Positions 13,596 through 26,019 of a stretch of DNA of 64,000 nucleotides are shown here, in pieces (the stretch's first letter is position 1; every line of letters begins with the position of its first letter). The notes below the pieces were generated by a model that had not been told where the DNA came from, ran no database searches, and saw nothing but the letters and a program-made list of their open reading frames with translations. The translations under genes were made by a program, and so were the position numbers. The stretch is from Octopus vulgaris (taxonomy: Eukaryota), in assembly GCA_951406725.2 (NCBI GenBank), contig OX597823.1, positions 11,904,001 to 11,968,000 of the forward strand. Direction: 5' to 3'.

Positions 13596-13759
13596 TTATA
13601 CAAGTATGAATGAAACATTTGTGGAAAATTGAAAGAATATTCGTGTGAATAACAACAATGATGAATATTTATAAACCTTATTTTCATTTTCTACATACCA
13701 TCTCAAAAAACCTCCTCCTATCAGCTTCATATTACAATGTAATAATAATAATAATAATA

Positions 13760-13803
<44 letters not shown>

Positions 13804-13822
13804 AATAATAATAATAATAATG

Positions 13823-14312
13823 ATAGGTGTAGGAGTGGCTGTGTGGTAAGTAGCTTGCTTATCAACCACATGGTTCCGGGTTCAGTTCCACTGCGTGGCA
13901 CCTTGGGCAAGTGTCTTATGCTATAGCCTCGGGCCGACCAAAGCCTTGTTAGTGGATTTGGTAGACGGTTTCGATTTCCAGACCGGGCGTTGTGTATGTT
14001 TATTGAGCGAAAACACCTAAAGCTCCACGAGGCTCCGGCAGGGGGTGGTGGTGACTCCTGTTATACTCTTTCGCTCCAATGTTCTCTCACTCTTTCTTCC
14101 TGTTTTTTGTCCCCGACTTCTTACGCAACCGCTGAGCCTGGATGCGCATTCAGCCATCCGTCGATGCTCTCGGTGTCGGGGGTTGACCTGCTTTCTCTTC
14201 TGCGGGTCTTCCGAATAGCAAAGGACCACGTTTCTGACTTCTCCCACTACAGAGACGCGATCTTGCGAGCTCTGGAACGAAGACCGCTTCGCTCAACAAA
14301 CAAACAAACAAA
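13823..14312 (+). mobile_element. Chimeric SINE: type B 5' part joined to type C body with tail W
   Basis: Type B sequence runs to GTAGACGG (13968), then type C from its B box onward. The distinct tail ends GACCGCTTCGCT(CAAA)n. Confidence 0.8.
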
Positions 14313-14720
14313 CAGCAATAGCAACTTACGAACTAATGGATTCAAGGGAAATAATTCTTACTTATCCCCACTCCTAAAACAAAAAAAAAGGATTGCCATG
14401 ATATCATGCACCCTTTCACACAACGTAAAATCTAATAAAGCAAGAGACTTCCAAGAGCACTTCCTTGCTAAGTACAGAAAACTCTTCAACTTCCTACATC
14501 CTCGTGCAAAATTAAAACCACATGTTCATACGGGTATCTAAATACAAGTCCACTAGGAAGGCAAACCATGTAATGTAGAAGCGATGAGGTGGAGGTCATC
14601 AGAATACAACTCACCCCAGAAGTAACACGGAAATGTTACGCCGTCATGAGAGAAAGAAATAATGACAATTAGACTCGGTTTATGCTACGCCTAGGTTCTG
14701 GTTCGGTTACTACTTGAGAA

Positions 14721-14902
14721 GAGTGGTCCCGGTGCGCGCACTCGCGTACTCGCGCATCCGCACCAGCTAGTCATGACTAGTCGATACTTATTTTGTGCTT
14801 TTGTGTTTTATTTACTTTGGTAGGTAGTCGTTGTAGGATCGACTAATTACGACTAGCTAGCGCGGATGCGCGACTGCGCGCGTGCGCGCACCGGGACCAC
14901 TG
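14721..14902. mobile_element. GC-rich fold-back MITE (hAT-like ends)
   Basis: AGTGGTCCCGGTGCGCGCAC / GTGCGCGCACCGGGACCACT is a perfect 20-bp inverted repeat; imperfect arms extend about 60 bp. No TSD found. Confidence 0.75.
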
Positions 14903-15098
14903 TTCGCTAGTAGTACCCTGGTTCGTGTTTAATAAGAAGGGATATGTAAGAGGAAACTTTTAAAAATATCCTTTTATGAGTCACTGGTGAAAGCAGTACA
15001 CACACACGCAACGCACACGCATACACACACATACACACACGCAACACACACACGCGCGCGCGCGCGCACACACACACACAATTCGGAAAGTACCACAA

Positions 15099-15450
15099 CT
15101 GCCATGTGACCTAAAACCGCACCTGTTTCGTGCTACAGTAGAATCCGTTCTGCTCTACGGCTCTGAATGCTAGTCTCATACGGTGGCCTTACAGCGATTG
15201 CTAGACGGCACCTACACTCCACTCAACTACAGAGTAGAGCCTTTAACATCTCTTATGCTGACCGTATATCAAACAAATCCCAATGTGGATCTTTATTGTC
15301 TGTCAGCCAGAGAATCAAAGGGAGACGGTTAAAATTCGCAAGCCATTCTTTTCGTCACTGCTGTTTTTTTCTATAACACCGTGAGGATGTCCAAGCCTGG
15401 TGGTGAGGTCCGCATGACGTATGTCCAGGCGTAGGCTAAAAGAAGGTATA
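15099..15450 (+). mobile_element. RTE/RTEX-type LINE C-terminal relic and 3' end
   Basis: LKPHLFRATVESVLLYGSEC*SHTVALQRLLDGTYT/RAFNISY..RISN....GSLLSVSQRIKGRRLKFASH. Confidence 0.85.
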
Positions 15451-15780
15451 GTGAAGGCGCATGGCTCAGTGGTTAGAGCGTCGAGCTTACGATCGTGAGG
15501 TTGTGAGCTCGAATCCCGGACCGGGCTGCGTGTTGTGTTCTTGAGCAAGACATTTTATTTCACGTTGCTCCAGTTCACTCAGCTCTAGAAATGAGTTACG
15601 ACGTCACATGTGCCCTTGCCTTTCCCTTGGATAACACTGGTGACGTGGAGAGGGGAGGCTGGTATGCATGGGCGACTGCTGGTCTTCCATAAAACAGCCT
15701 TGAACAGACTTGTGCCTCAGAGGGTAACTCTCTAGGTGCAAGCCCATGGTCAGTGTCTGACCGAAGGGGGCCACAACAAC
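15451..15780 (+). mobile_element. SINE type D head with tail Z
   Basis: A box TGGCTCAGTGG and B-box-like CTCGAATCC. 18-bp TSD AGGCTAAAAGAAGGTATA at 15433-15450 and 15781-15798. Confidence 0.93.
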
Positions 15781-16394
15781 AGGCTAAAAGAAGGTATATA
15801 ATTGCGCTTCGGTAAACCGGATTACTTACTCATAAATCCAGATCTGGAATAAATATTTCGTCAACTGTAAAGAAAAAGTTTAGGTCCAAAGAAAGATCTA
15901 GTTTAGCAACACGCAGTTGCATCAGTTACTACACAGGCCTGAAGTGAGCACATTATATTTGTGTGTGTGTGTATGTGTGTGTGTGTACATACGCAAATAT
16001 AATATATGTATATATGCATGTATTACTATCTAGTGTATAAAGTGTTTGCATGTGCTGACGTATGTGTGTGTGTGTTTGTGTGAATGGTAAAACGATATAC
16101 ATCTGGAGAGAACAAAGAAAATTGTAACAATTATTTATAATTTATTCATATACATTTCCCGTCTGTGTCTGCCTCTCTGTCTCTCTATGCCCCTCTCTGC
16201 CTTTCTCTGAACACGTGTGCATGTAAATAAATTATAATAAATTATAATAGCAAAAGCTTAAGTTTTCCTGTTGAGTCGTTTGTTATAGAATTAGTGTTTA
16301 TCAATGTCAATTGTTTAACACATATCTCCGTACGTATGTATATGCTTGTATGTATGTATGTATGTTTATGTATGTATAAATATACATGTGTATG

Positions 16395-16464
<70 letters not shown>

Positions 16465-16465
<1 letters not shown>

Positions 16466-17656
16466 CGGGAAGCTTTATGAAAATAAACAAAAGACGAAGG
16501 CAGGTGGAAAACAAACGAACAATTGTATTAGTATGGCGCTCAGGAAATATAAATAAAACAAGTCTTTAACGTTTCGAGCCTACGCTCTTCAACAGAAAGA
16601 TACACAGAGAGAGAAAAACACAGAAAGAAGGAGAGAAAAAAAATGCGTGCAGTAGCTAACGAATCAACATGGCGATCTGATTTCGGCCAGAGGTCAAAGA
16701 TCAAACATGAGACGCGAGAGCGAAATAAGGGGAGATAATAGGGTTGATAAATGGGTTGAGGGACCAGCTAAAAGTGCGTGGGAGGGGTCTGGATGTGTGT
16801 ATGTATAGGGTTGGTGTATGTATTAGTATGTATAAGGGTGTGTGTGTGTGTGTGTGTGTATGAGAGAGTATTAGTGCGTAAGATTGGTCTGGACGTGCGT
16901 ATGTATGGGGTTGGTGTATGTATTAGTATGTATTAGTATGTATTAGTACGTATTGGTATGTATAGGTGTGTGTGTGTGTGTGAGAGAGAGTATAAGTGCG
17001 TATGCGGGGTCTGGACGTGTGTATGTATAGGGTTGGTGTAAGTATTAGTATGTACTAGTATGTATTAGTACGTATTAGTATGTATTAGTTGGTGTGTGTA
17101 TTAGTATGGCACATCATATGTGATGTGATGTGTAAAGTCATGTGGTGTAGTGAGGAGAAGAGGGGGAGAGGGAGAAGAGGGGGAGGGGGAGAAGAGGGGG
17201 AGAAGGGGAGGGGAAGAAGAGGGGGAGGAGAAGGGGGAGAGGAGAGGATGGGGGAGAAGGAAGGGGATGAGGGGGATGAAGGAGGAAAGAGGGAGAGGGG
17301 GAGAGAGAAGGGGAGAGAGGGAGTGAGGGAGCAGAGGGAAGGGGAAGAGGGAGGGAGAAAGAGGGAAGAAGGGAAGGGGAGTAGGGGTGAAAGGATGAAG
17401 GACTGAAGAAGTAGGGGTCGGGGGAGAAAGGATAGGTGAGGAGGGGGGTGAGGGGGGTTAGATGAGGAGGGGGGAGAGTTGAGACCAAATGGCGTATAAG
17501 AGCGAAGAGAGAAGATTAATTCCTGTTCACGGCGCAAACGGGAATCCGGATGGCCTCTGTGTAAGGACAAACCGAACACAGATAGGTGTTGCAAGGAGTG
17601 ACCGGTGGAGCGGAAATGGCGTGAGACCGGTGTGTCGTTCGCAAGGTGGATGTCAC

Positions 17657-17659
<3 letters not shown>
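16465..17659 (-). mobile_element. Penelope-like element 3' fragment: GIY-YIG C-terminus, 3' UTR and hammerhead, embedded in (TA)n
   Basis: IRDIHLANDTPVSRHFRSTGHSLQHLSVFGL...RLRREQELIFSLRSYTPFGLN* region within ORF 17085..17708. The UTR has three ~100-bp tandem units, and there is (TA)n on both sides. Confidence 0.9.
16563..16600 (-). ncRNA. Minimal type I hammerhead-like ribozyme, variant core
   Basis: TCTTT-CTGTTGA-A-GAGC-gtag-GCTC-GAAA-CG-TT-AAAGA: 5-bp stem I, 4-bp stem II, palindromic stem III. Confidence 0.7.
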
Positions 17660-17691
<32 letters not shown>

Positions 17692-17928
17692 CACACACAT
17701 ACAGGCACACATTTATTTTGAATTATTTTTTAGTTGATGTTTGAAGCATTGCGACAAATATAATTTGAACCAATTTGAAAGCCAAATAAGGCGTTTAATA
17801 AAAACATTTTTATTCTTTATTTTTAAGCAATAAAATTGTTTTTATTGAACGAATTGTTTGACTTCCAAATCTACTGAAACACACACACAAAACACACACG
17901 TACATACAAACACACATATTTATGTATG

Positions 17929-18026
<98 letters not shown>

Positions 18027-18251
18027 AGCGTGTATGGATGTATGTTTGTGCCAAATTTTCGCAAATCAATTCTTGGTAACGAGGCTGCAAAGGTCTAGAA
18101 ACGACGGAAATGGATTTAGAAACACTTCTGTTCCAAAAAAGAAAAAGTGGTAATAAGAAACAAAGAAAAATATAAACTAAAAAAAGATAAAATTTGAAAA
18201 TAGTCGTGTTAGTCGCGTATTTAATGAAACATTCATAAAAGAAAATCTTTT

Positions 18252-18286
<35 letters not shown>

Positions 18287-18341
18287 AACCAACAGACAAG
18301 CACACAGACTTTAACATGTATACCTGAGATGGTTTGTATTA

Positions 18342-18727
18342 AGAGGAGCACTCCGTCGGTTACGACGATGAGGGTTCCGGTTGATCGGAATCAACGGAAC
18401 AGCCTGCTCGTGAAATTAACGTGTAAGTGGCTGAGCACTCCACAGACACGTGTACCCTTAACGTAGTTCTCGAGGAGATTCAGCGTGACACAGAGTGTGA
18501 CAAGGCCGGCCCTTTGAAATACAGGTACAACAGAAACAGGAAGAAAGAGTGAGAGAAAGTTGTGGTGAAAGAGCACAGCAGGGATCGCCACCATCCCCTG
18601 CCGGAGCCTCATGGAGCTTTAGGTGTTTTCGCTCAATAAACACTCACAATGCCTGGTCTGGGAATCGAAACCGCGATCCTACGACCGCGAGTCCGCTGCC
18701 CTAACCACTGGGCCATTGCGCCTCCAC
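18342..18727 (-). mobile_element. SINE type C head with tail X, full length (tRNA-Arg-like head)
   Basis: Minus head GTGGAGGCGCAATGGCCCAGTGGTTAGGGCAGCGGACTCGCGG...GGTTTCGATTCC. 11-bp TSD GGTTTGTATTA. Confidence 0.95.
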
Positions 18728-19089
18728 GGTTTGTATTAGTGTAGCTGTGTACAAACACTAGCATAATGATTGACAAATAAGGTTGTTGTTAAGGTGTTTA
18801 GACAAGTTGTTGCATGAATCTACATTGCTAAGTATAACCGATACTTAAACATCTCTATAACATCTTAACTGGTTCTTTTCATAGTCAAGGAGCGTTATTT
18901 ACACCTTCGGACTATCAATTACAATTACCACGCAATGTCAGATAATTCCCAAAACAAATCTGCTAGGCCCTACTCACTTCCCTTTCCCAAGTGGGTGCAT
19001 GAACTCAGATATTTTGTTTACGATTTATACATACACACACACACACACACGTACGTACGTACATACGTATATACACAGATACATCTTTT

Positions 19090-20044
19090 ATTCACCAAGT
19101 GTCGAAGTCCTTCACTTGACCAAGTTTGCATACATGAGGCTGATAACATTACAAGACTTGGAAGGCAGCTCCTTGAGCAACATTCTTTGTCTGATAACCT
19201 AGAATACATGCCCAAAGAAGTCTCATCGCAACGTATCATCAGATGAAAGGATGAGCCTATATGAGCAGAAAACTCTGCATGGATATGTTAGTAAAAAGCT
19301 CCAAGATTATAGTAACATTGATCATGGAAGCAGTCATAGACCAATAGCCGGATTACAACCTCCCACTTTGAAGGGTATGCGTTTGCAATCCAGAAAAGGA
19401 AATATCAACCAAGTACCTGATGCATAAAAGGGATAGAGATGCAGGAAAAAGCAATAAAATATGATAAATGATGCAGACTTTGTGGAGTTAACACGGAAGA
19501 TATCACAACATTAGCAGGTGTCCGAAAATGTCCTCATGGTATTATCTACCGATGAGATATGTTGTTATAGCTAGGGTTCTCTATAATGAAATCCATCGGA
19601 AGGATAATCCCGAGGATAAAGAAATAAGAACCCACGGTATGGTAGAAGCCATAGCCACTTATAATAAAAAGGAATACTGGTGTAATGTACCAGTGAAAAC
19701 CTCAATAAAATGTAAGCACAACAGATCTGATATAATGAGATAGAGAAGAGAAACTGTGCACAGTAGTGGAAATTAGCTGCCCAGCAGATGTTAACATAAA
19801 GCTGAAGATCAGTGAAAAAGAGAACACCTACGCTGAACTATAGAGAAATCTGAAGTTATTCTACCCAGATTACAAGTTCACGTTTATACCTGTAATTATG
19901 GGAGTCCTGGGATATGTAACACATTGCCTAAATGCCAATCTTGAGAAATTATGCTTCTCAAAATCAGAAACGAGCAAGCTAATTCGAAGACTACAGATCC
20001 AAACTATCACTGGAACTGTAAAAATATGTAAAACTTACCAGAAG
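19090..20044 (+). mobile_element. R4/Dong-like (RLE-type) non-LTR retrotransposon C-terminal relic
   Basis: SHFEGYAFAIQ..., CRLCG..TEDI, KHNRSDI..., CTVVEISCPADVNIKLKISEKENTYAEL, FIPVIMGVLGYV...TGTVKICK. Contains stops and frameshifts. Confidence 0.88.
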
Positions 20045-20282
20045 AAATACCTATTTCTTTACTACCTACAAGGGGCTAAACACAGAAGAGACAAACAAGG
20101 ACAGACAGACGGATTAAGTCGATTATATCAACCCCAGTGCGTAACTGGTACTTAATTTATCGACCCCGAAAGGATGAATGGCAAAGTCGACCTCGGCGGA
20201 ATTTGAACTCAGAACGTAACGTCAGACGAAATACGGCTACGCATTTCGTCCGACGTGCTAACGATTCTGTCAGCTCGCCGCC
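20045..20282 (-). mobile_element. SINE type A
   Basis: Reverse-complement match to the 5322-5553 copy. Confidence 0.92.
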
Positions 20283-20450
20283 TTATACTACGGTAGATAC
20301 CATGAGAGACACTCACATATTGGCTTTTGGTGCAGAATGCACGCTTGTTTGTTTATATCGTCAGCGGGGAGATAAATGCTCACCAGCTCCAGCGCCGAGA
20401 CCTCGAAGTAACGTTTAAGTGGGAATAAATATTACCTTATAGTATAAGAG

Positions 20451-20732
20451 GTGGAGGTACAAGGCCTAGTGGTTAGAGCAGCGGACTCGCGGTCGAGGAA
20501 TCGCGGGTTCGAATCTCAGACCGGGCGATGTGTGTGTTTATGAGCGAAACACCTAAGTTCCACGCGACTCCGGCAGAAGGTCATGGCGAACTTCTGCTGA
20601 CTCTTTCATCACAACTTTCGCTCCCGCTTTCCCCCTGCATCTCGCAGCTCACCTGCGACGGACCGGCGTCCCGTCCAGGAGGGAACCTTTTCGCCAAGGA
20701 AACCGGCCCTTATGAGCCAGACGTGGCTCGAA
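20451..20732 (+). mobile_element. SINE type C head with tail Y
   Basis: Type C head GCAGCGGACTCGCGGTC...GGTTCGAATC, then CTGCGACGGACCGGCGTCCCGTCCAGG...TATGAGCC. Confidence 0.85.
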
Positions 20733-21644
20733 TACAATCTATAATAAAGATATTCAATGACTAGAACTGGTGATCAAATTCTTTCTTAAATGCTTACTTT
20801 GGAGTCGGTAGTCTGCTTCAGGTAGGAGGAAACGAATAGTTATTTGAACATATTTGAATATAGGAATAATAAGTCGTGCGCGTGAAAGTTTCATCTTGTT
20901 ACTGACTCAAGTGCTAATTATAAAGGATGAATTATATGACAACTCATTAAATACACGAATATGTATGTATTTATATATGTGTACGCATGTATGTATATAC
21001 TATACACACATATATATATATATAGTATAAGCATACATACGTACACACGTACACATGCACAGACATATATGTGTGCATATACGTACACACATACATAGGC
21101 ACACTCGCACACAGACACACTTATTCGTACCTATGTTGGTATCTCACGTTGGCACAGAGCTAGAACGATATACCTGAGGGGTATAATTGATTGATTTGAT
21201 TCCAATTTATGACCGGTGCTTAATTTACCGAACCCCATGAGATAGAAATGAAAGGCTAACTTGACGGCAGCAAGATTAGCAGTTGGAAATGTATAACAGA
21301 ATCAAATATTACAATCTATTTAGGTCTGAGCTTATCTGATTCTGCCAAATATACCTCTGCAGAGCTATAAAATATTTCAACTACTCTTAACATCACATTT
21401 TTATTCTACTCTGAGGGAGTCTCTCCCTCCGTGGTAGTCCAAATTTGCAGGAAATGGCAGTAAAAAAATCTCATCTAAAAAAAAAACACGCCCTGACGTC
21501 TTTAAAAGGGAAGAACAAATTGGATAAAATATAGCCATGGAGTGGGAGCAAGAGGTAAGGAAAATGGGAACAAAAACGGGTGTGTTAATGGCTGGAATGA
21601 ATTTGGTCAGAGATCTGAAGGGTCATGGTCGACCTGATGCTAAT

Positions 21645-21734
21645 CAACAGCAGTAGCAGCAACAACAACAAAAACAGCAACAACTACTACTACTACTACT
21701 ACTACTGTTATTGCTGCTGCTGCTGCTGCTGCTG

Positions 21735-21765
<31 letters not shown>

Positions 21766-21787
21766 AACTTCTGCTGCTACTGTTGCT

Positions 21788-21848
<61 letters not shown>

Positions 21849-21858
21849 TACTACTACT
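21645..21858. repeat. (CAA)/(CTA)/(CTG)n block
   Basis: Directly visible. Confidence 0.95.
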
Positions 21859-22444
21859 GTAGTTTCACCGGCCTATTGCAATAAGCTTTAAATGAATCAG
21901 TCTTTTTTCCCCAGTATACTTGGTCAATCAGTACGTTCCCTCAAATCTCATCCTTCAGTGTTGTCGATAGTTAAAGTTAAACCTCCTCCCCCGCGTCCTT
22001 AACCTCCTATTCCCCCTCCTCCTCCTCCTCCTCATCATCATCATCATCATCATCATCCTGATCCTCCTCCTCCTCCCTCTCGTTCTTTCCGATAAGTCGA
22101 ACACTACAGAGCCTGCATGCACACAAACGTATAATAGTCACTCAACAGACTATTAAAAAATATGGAATATGAACTTATACAAACTGTGCCCCTGTTGATG
22201 AAGCTATCTAGGAGTTTAGTAGGGCAGGAGGGATCTTAAAAACGAAAAAAAACCCTCTTATTTCTTATGTGTACTTAAGCGACATTTTAGGGAATCTTTT
22301 CTATCCCTATTCATATCTCTGTTTTATGAGGATGTGCGTATATTTAGGTGTATGTGTGGAGATAATTCCATTTAATATTTTCCACATCATGCCTTGTTTA
22401 CCATCATCTGTAATATTTTAACTATTTAATATTTTTGACATATA

Positions 22445-22658
22445 AGGCGGCGAGCTGGTAGAAACGTTAACATGCCGGGTGAAATACTTTGCGGTATTTT
22501 GTCTGTCTTTACGTTCTGAGTTCAAATTCTGCAAAGGTCGACTTTGCTATTCATCCCTATGGGGTTGATAAATTAAGTACCAGTTGTGTGTTGGGGTTGA
22601 TCTAATTGACTGGCCCCCTCCCCCCAAAATTTCGGACCTTGTGTCTAGAGTAGAAAAG
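22445..22658 (+). mobile_element. SINE type A, alternative-tail variant
   Basis: Tail CCCCCAAAATTTCGGACCTTGTGTCTAGAGTAGAAAAG. 17-bp TSD AATATTTTTGACATATA at 22428-22444 and 22659-22675. Confidence 0.9.
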
Positions 22659-22673
22659 AATATTTTTGACATA

Positions 22674-23270
22674 TAGGCGTAGGAGAGGCTGTGTGGTAAG
22701 TAGCTCGCTTACTACATGTATATATATGTATATATATGTATGTGTGTGTGTATATGTTTGAGTGTCTGTGTTTGTCCCCCCACTCAACATCGCTTTACAA
22801 CCGATGCTGGAGTGTTTACGTCCCCGTAACTTAGCGGTTCGGAAAAAGAGACCGATAGAATAATTTTTGCCTTTCAATATCGATCAAATGAGTGTCGGTC
22901 GAGCACTGGTTCGATGTTATTGACTTACTCACTTCATCGAGCTTGCTGGCCTTGTGCCAAAATGTGAAGCCGTTAATTTGATATATGTATTGAGGCACAG
23001 GCATGACTCTGTGGTAAGATATTAGCTTCCCAACCACATGGTTACGTATTCAATCCCACTTCTGTGATATGTTGTTTACTATAGGCGCAGGAGTGGCTAT
23101 AGGGTAAGTAGCTTGCTTATCAACCACATGGTTCCGAGTTCATTCCCACTGCGTGGTACTTTGGGCAAGTGTCTTCTACTATAGCCTCGAGCCGACCAAA
23201 GACTTGTGAGTGGTTTTGGTAGACGGAAACTGAAAGAAGCCCGTCGTATATATCTATCTATCTATCTATC

Positions 23271-23301
<31 letters not shown>

Positions 23302-23780
23302 TTCTTTGTCTGTGTTAGTCCCCCCCCCTAACATCGCTTGACAACAGATGGTGGTGTGTTTGCGTCACCGTAACTTAGTGGTTCGGCAAAAGTGTCGGAT
23401 AGAATAAGTACTAGGCTTACAAAGAATAAGTCCTGGGGTCGATTTGTTCAACTAAAGGCGGTGCTGCAGCATGGTCGCAGTCAAATGACTGAAACAAGTA
23501 AAAGAGTAAAAGAATATAAGCCTAGGGCGAATGAAAGCTTTGTAAATGGATCTAGTATACGGAAACTGAAAGAAGCCCATCGCACGCGCGCGTTTGAGAA
23601 GGTGTCTGTTCCCTAATGCTTGGCAACCGGTGTTGATGCGTTTATGTCCCCCGTAACATAGCGGTTCAACAAAAGCGTCTGATAGTTTAGTTAAATACTG
23701 GAGTCGGTGTGTTCTACTTAAACCCCTTAAGGTGGTGCTCCAACATGGCCGCTGCGTAATGAATGAAAGAAGATAAAAAT
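22674..23780 (+). mobile_element. Cluster of SINE type B copies (internally deleted 22674-22860, old head about 22993, full 23081-23515, diverged 23520-23780)
   Basis: TAGGCGCAGGAGTGGCT..GGTAAGTAGCTTGC head, CORE-like TTGGGCAAGTGTCTT, internal microsatellite, tail GACTGAAACAAG(TAAAAGAG)n. Confidence 0.88.
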
Positions 23781-23878
23781 AAAGATATTTTGCCTCCCCC
23801 ACCTACTGTCTTAAAGCAATACGATCTTTTATAGAACAGTCTTAGTAAACTTTGTCTGTAGAATAAAGTAATGATACA

Positions 23879-24268
23879 TGGGCTGGAAGCACTCCGTCGG
23901 TTACGACGACGAGGGTTCCGGTTGATCCGAATCAACGGAACAGCCTGCTCGCGAAATTAACGTGTAAGTGGCTGAGCACTCCACAGACACGTGTACCCTT
24001 AACGTAGTTCTCGGGGATATTCAGCGTGACACAGAGAGTGACAAGGCCGGCCCTTTGAAATACAGGTACAGCAGAAACAGGAAGTAAGAGTGAGAGAAAG
24101 TTGTGGTGAAAGAGTACAGCAGGGATCACCACCATCCCCTGCCGGAGCCTCGTGGAGCTTTAGGTGTTTTCGCTCAATAAACACTCACAACGCCCGGTGT
24201 GGGAATCGAAACCGCAATCCTATGACCGCGAGTCCGCTGCCCTAACCACTGGGCCATTGCGCCTCCAC
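23879..24268 (-). mobile_element. SINE type C head with tail X, full length
   Basis: Near-identical to 18342-18727. 10-bp TSD TAATGATACA. Confidence 0.95.
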
Positions 24269-25414
24269 TAATGATACAACGTATAGTATGACTGGTACGA
24301 AATCATTCTTAACTTCTTATTGACGATTCGACAAGAACACGAGAGAAGTCCATTGCTAATTGAGGCCAATGCTTAAAAGAAAAGGAAAAAATCCGGGGTA
24401 GTGACCTTTTCATATCCTCCAGCTGACGGGATACATGTGGTTGAGGGGTAACGAGAGATTGTATTCTCATCAAGCCAAGAACCTAATCAGAATGTTTGCG
24501 ATGGAGTAAATTCTCCTAAGGCGCCATAAGAAACAGGTGGTAGTGTTAAACTAGCCAGCTGTTTGGCCTACAACCACCAATATTTAACTCATACACACAC
24601 ACACACACACACATATATATATCTCAATGTACGCGCTCGAACACACACACGCTCACACGCACATATGTGTGTGCGAGCGCGTGCATTGATATATACGTTA
24701 CTAAATACATGCACATATATACACACATAGAAACGAACTTATATTCGCTCAGGCCTCTGATATTCGCTATTTATTTTGCTAATGTGTTTGCAGTGTCTCC
24801 AGTTATTAGGTAAAACCTAGCCTATTTGGAGACCATAGTTAAAAGCTCTTAGCATCCTGTCACTGAACTCCAGACAGGTTAACAATTTCAAAGTATTTAT
24901 AGCGAAAGACATATCCGTAAATATATCTAAAGCATGGAACGAATATTTTGAGAATTTTTTATTCTTTTTCTATCCTTTTACGATTGTTTTTAAAAATCAA
25001 GAGGAAAGGCAGTGTCCATAGTAATTTTTAGGACCTGCAAGGTAAGTCTCAATGAAGAAGGAAATTTTCTATTTATGGTTCAAAAGTTAGAAACCGAATG
25101 GATTTTGTTAATATATGTATTGAGGCACAGGCATGACTCTGTGGTAAGATATTAGCTTCCCAACCACATGGTTACGTATTCAATCCCACTTCAGTGATAT
25201 GTTGTTTACTATAGGCGCAGGAGTGGCTATAGGGTAAGTAGCTTGCTTATCAACCACATGGTTCCGAGTTCATTCCCACTGTGCCAGATGATGATGTTAA
25301 ACCGATTAACGGTCAAAGCCTACAACGTTAGAGATTTTCTCTTTGTAACCGAGGGCATAGAATTCTATGATGTTGAACATGTTACTGCCATTTTCACTAT
25401 CATATACGAAATCT

Positions 25415-25640
25415 GGGAGAGGCGTGTGGCTAAGTTGATCGTAAGATTGTGGTTTCGATTCCTGAACCGGGCGATACGTTGTGTTCGCGTGTAAAACATG
25501 TCATTTCACGTTGCTCCAGTCCACCCAACAAAAAAGATTAATCATGTGACGAACGGCGTCCCGTCTAAAAGTAAATACATACCTATATACGCCACAAAGT
25601 CCGGCCTTATTACCCTACGACTCAGGAAGGACTTCTGATC
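25415..25640 (+). mobile_element. Diverged SINE type D with tail Y
   Basis: GAGGCGTGTGGCT...GGTTTCGATTCC...ATTTCACGTTGCTCCAGTCCAC...GGCGTCCCGTC. Confidence 0.7.
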
Positions 25641-25676
25641 TTTTTTTTTTATATTCAACGCCTAGATCTTATTAGT

Positions 25677-26008
25677 GGGCAAGTGTCTTCTGCTATAGCC
25701 CCAGCCGACCAATGCCTTGTGAGTGGATTTGGTAGACGGAAACTGAAAGAAGCCTGTCGTATATATGTTTATGTATATATATGTATGTGTGTGTGTATGT
25801 TCGTGTGTCTGTGTTTGTCCCCCTAGCATTGCTGACAGCCGATGCTGGTGTGTTTACGTCCCCGTCACTTAGCGGTTTGGCAAAAGAGACCGATAGAATA
25901 AGTACTGGGCTTACAAAGAATAAGTCCCGGGGTCGATTTGCTCGACTAAAGGCGGTGCTCCAGCATGGCCGCAGTCAAATGACTGAAACAAGTAGAAGAT
26001 TAAAAGAT
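25677..26008 (+). mobile_element. SINE type B, 5'-truncated
   Basis: GGGCAAGTGTCTTC...GCAGTCAAATGACTGAAACAAG. Confidence 0.9.
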
Positions 26009-26019
26009 TATACCTATCT

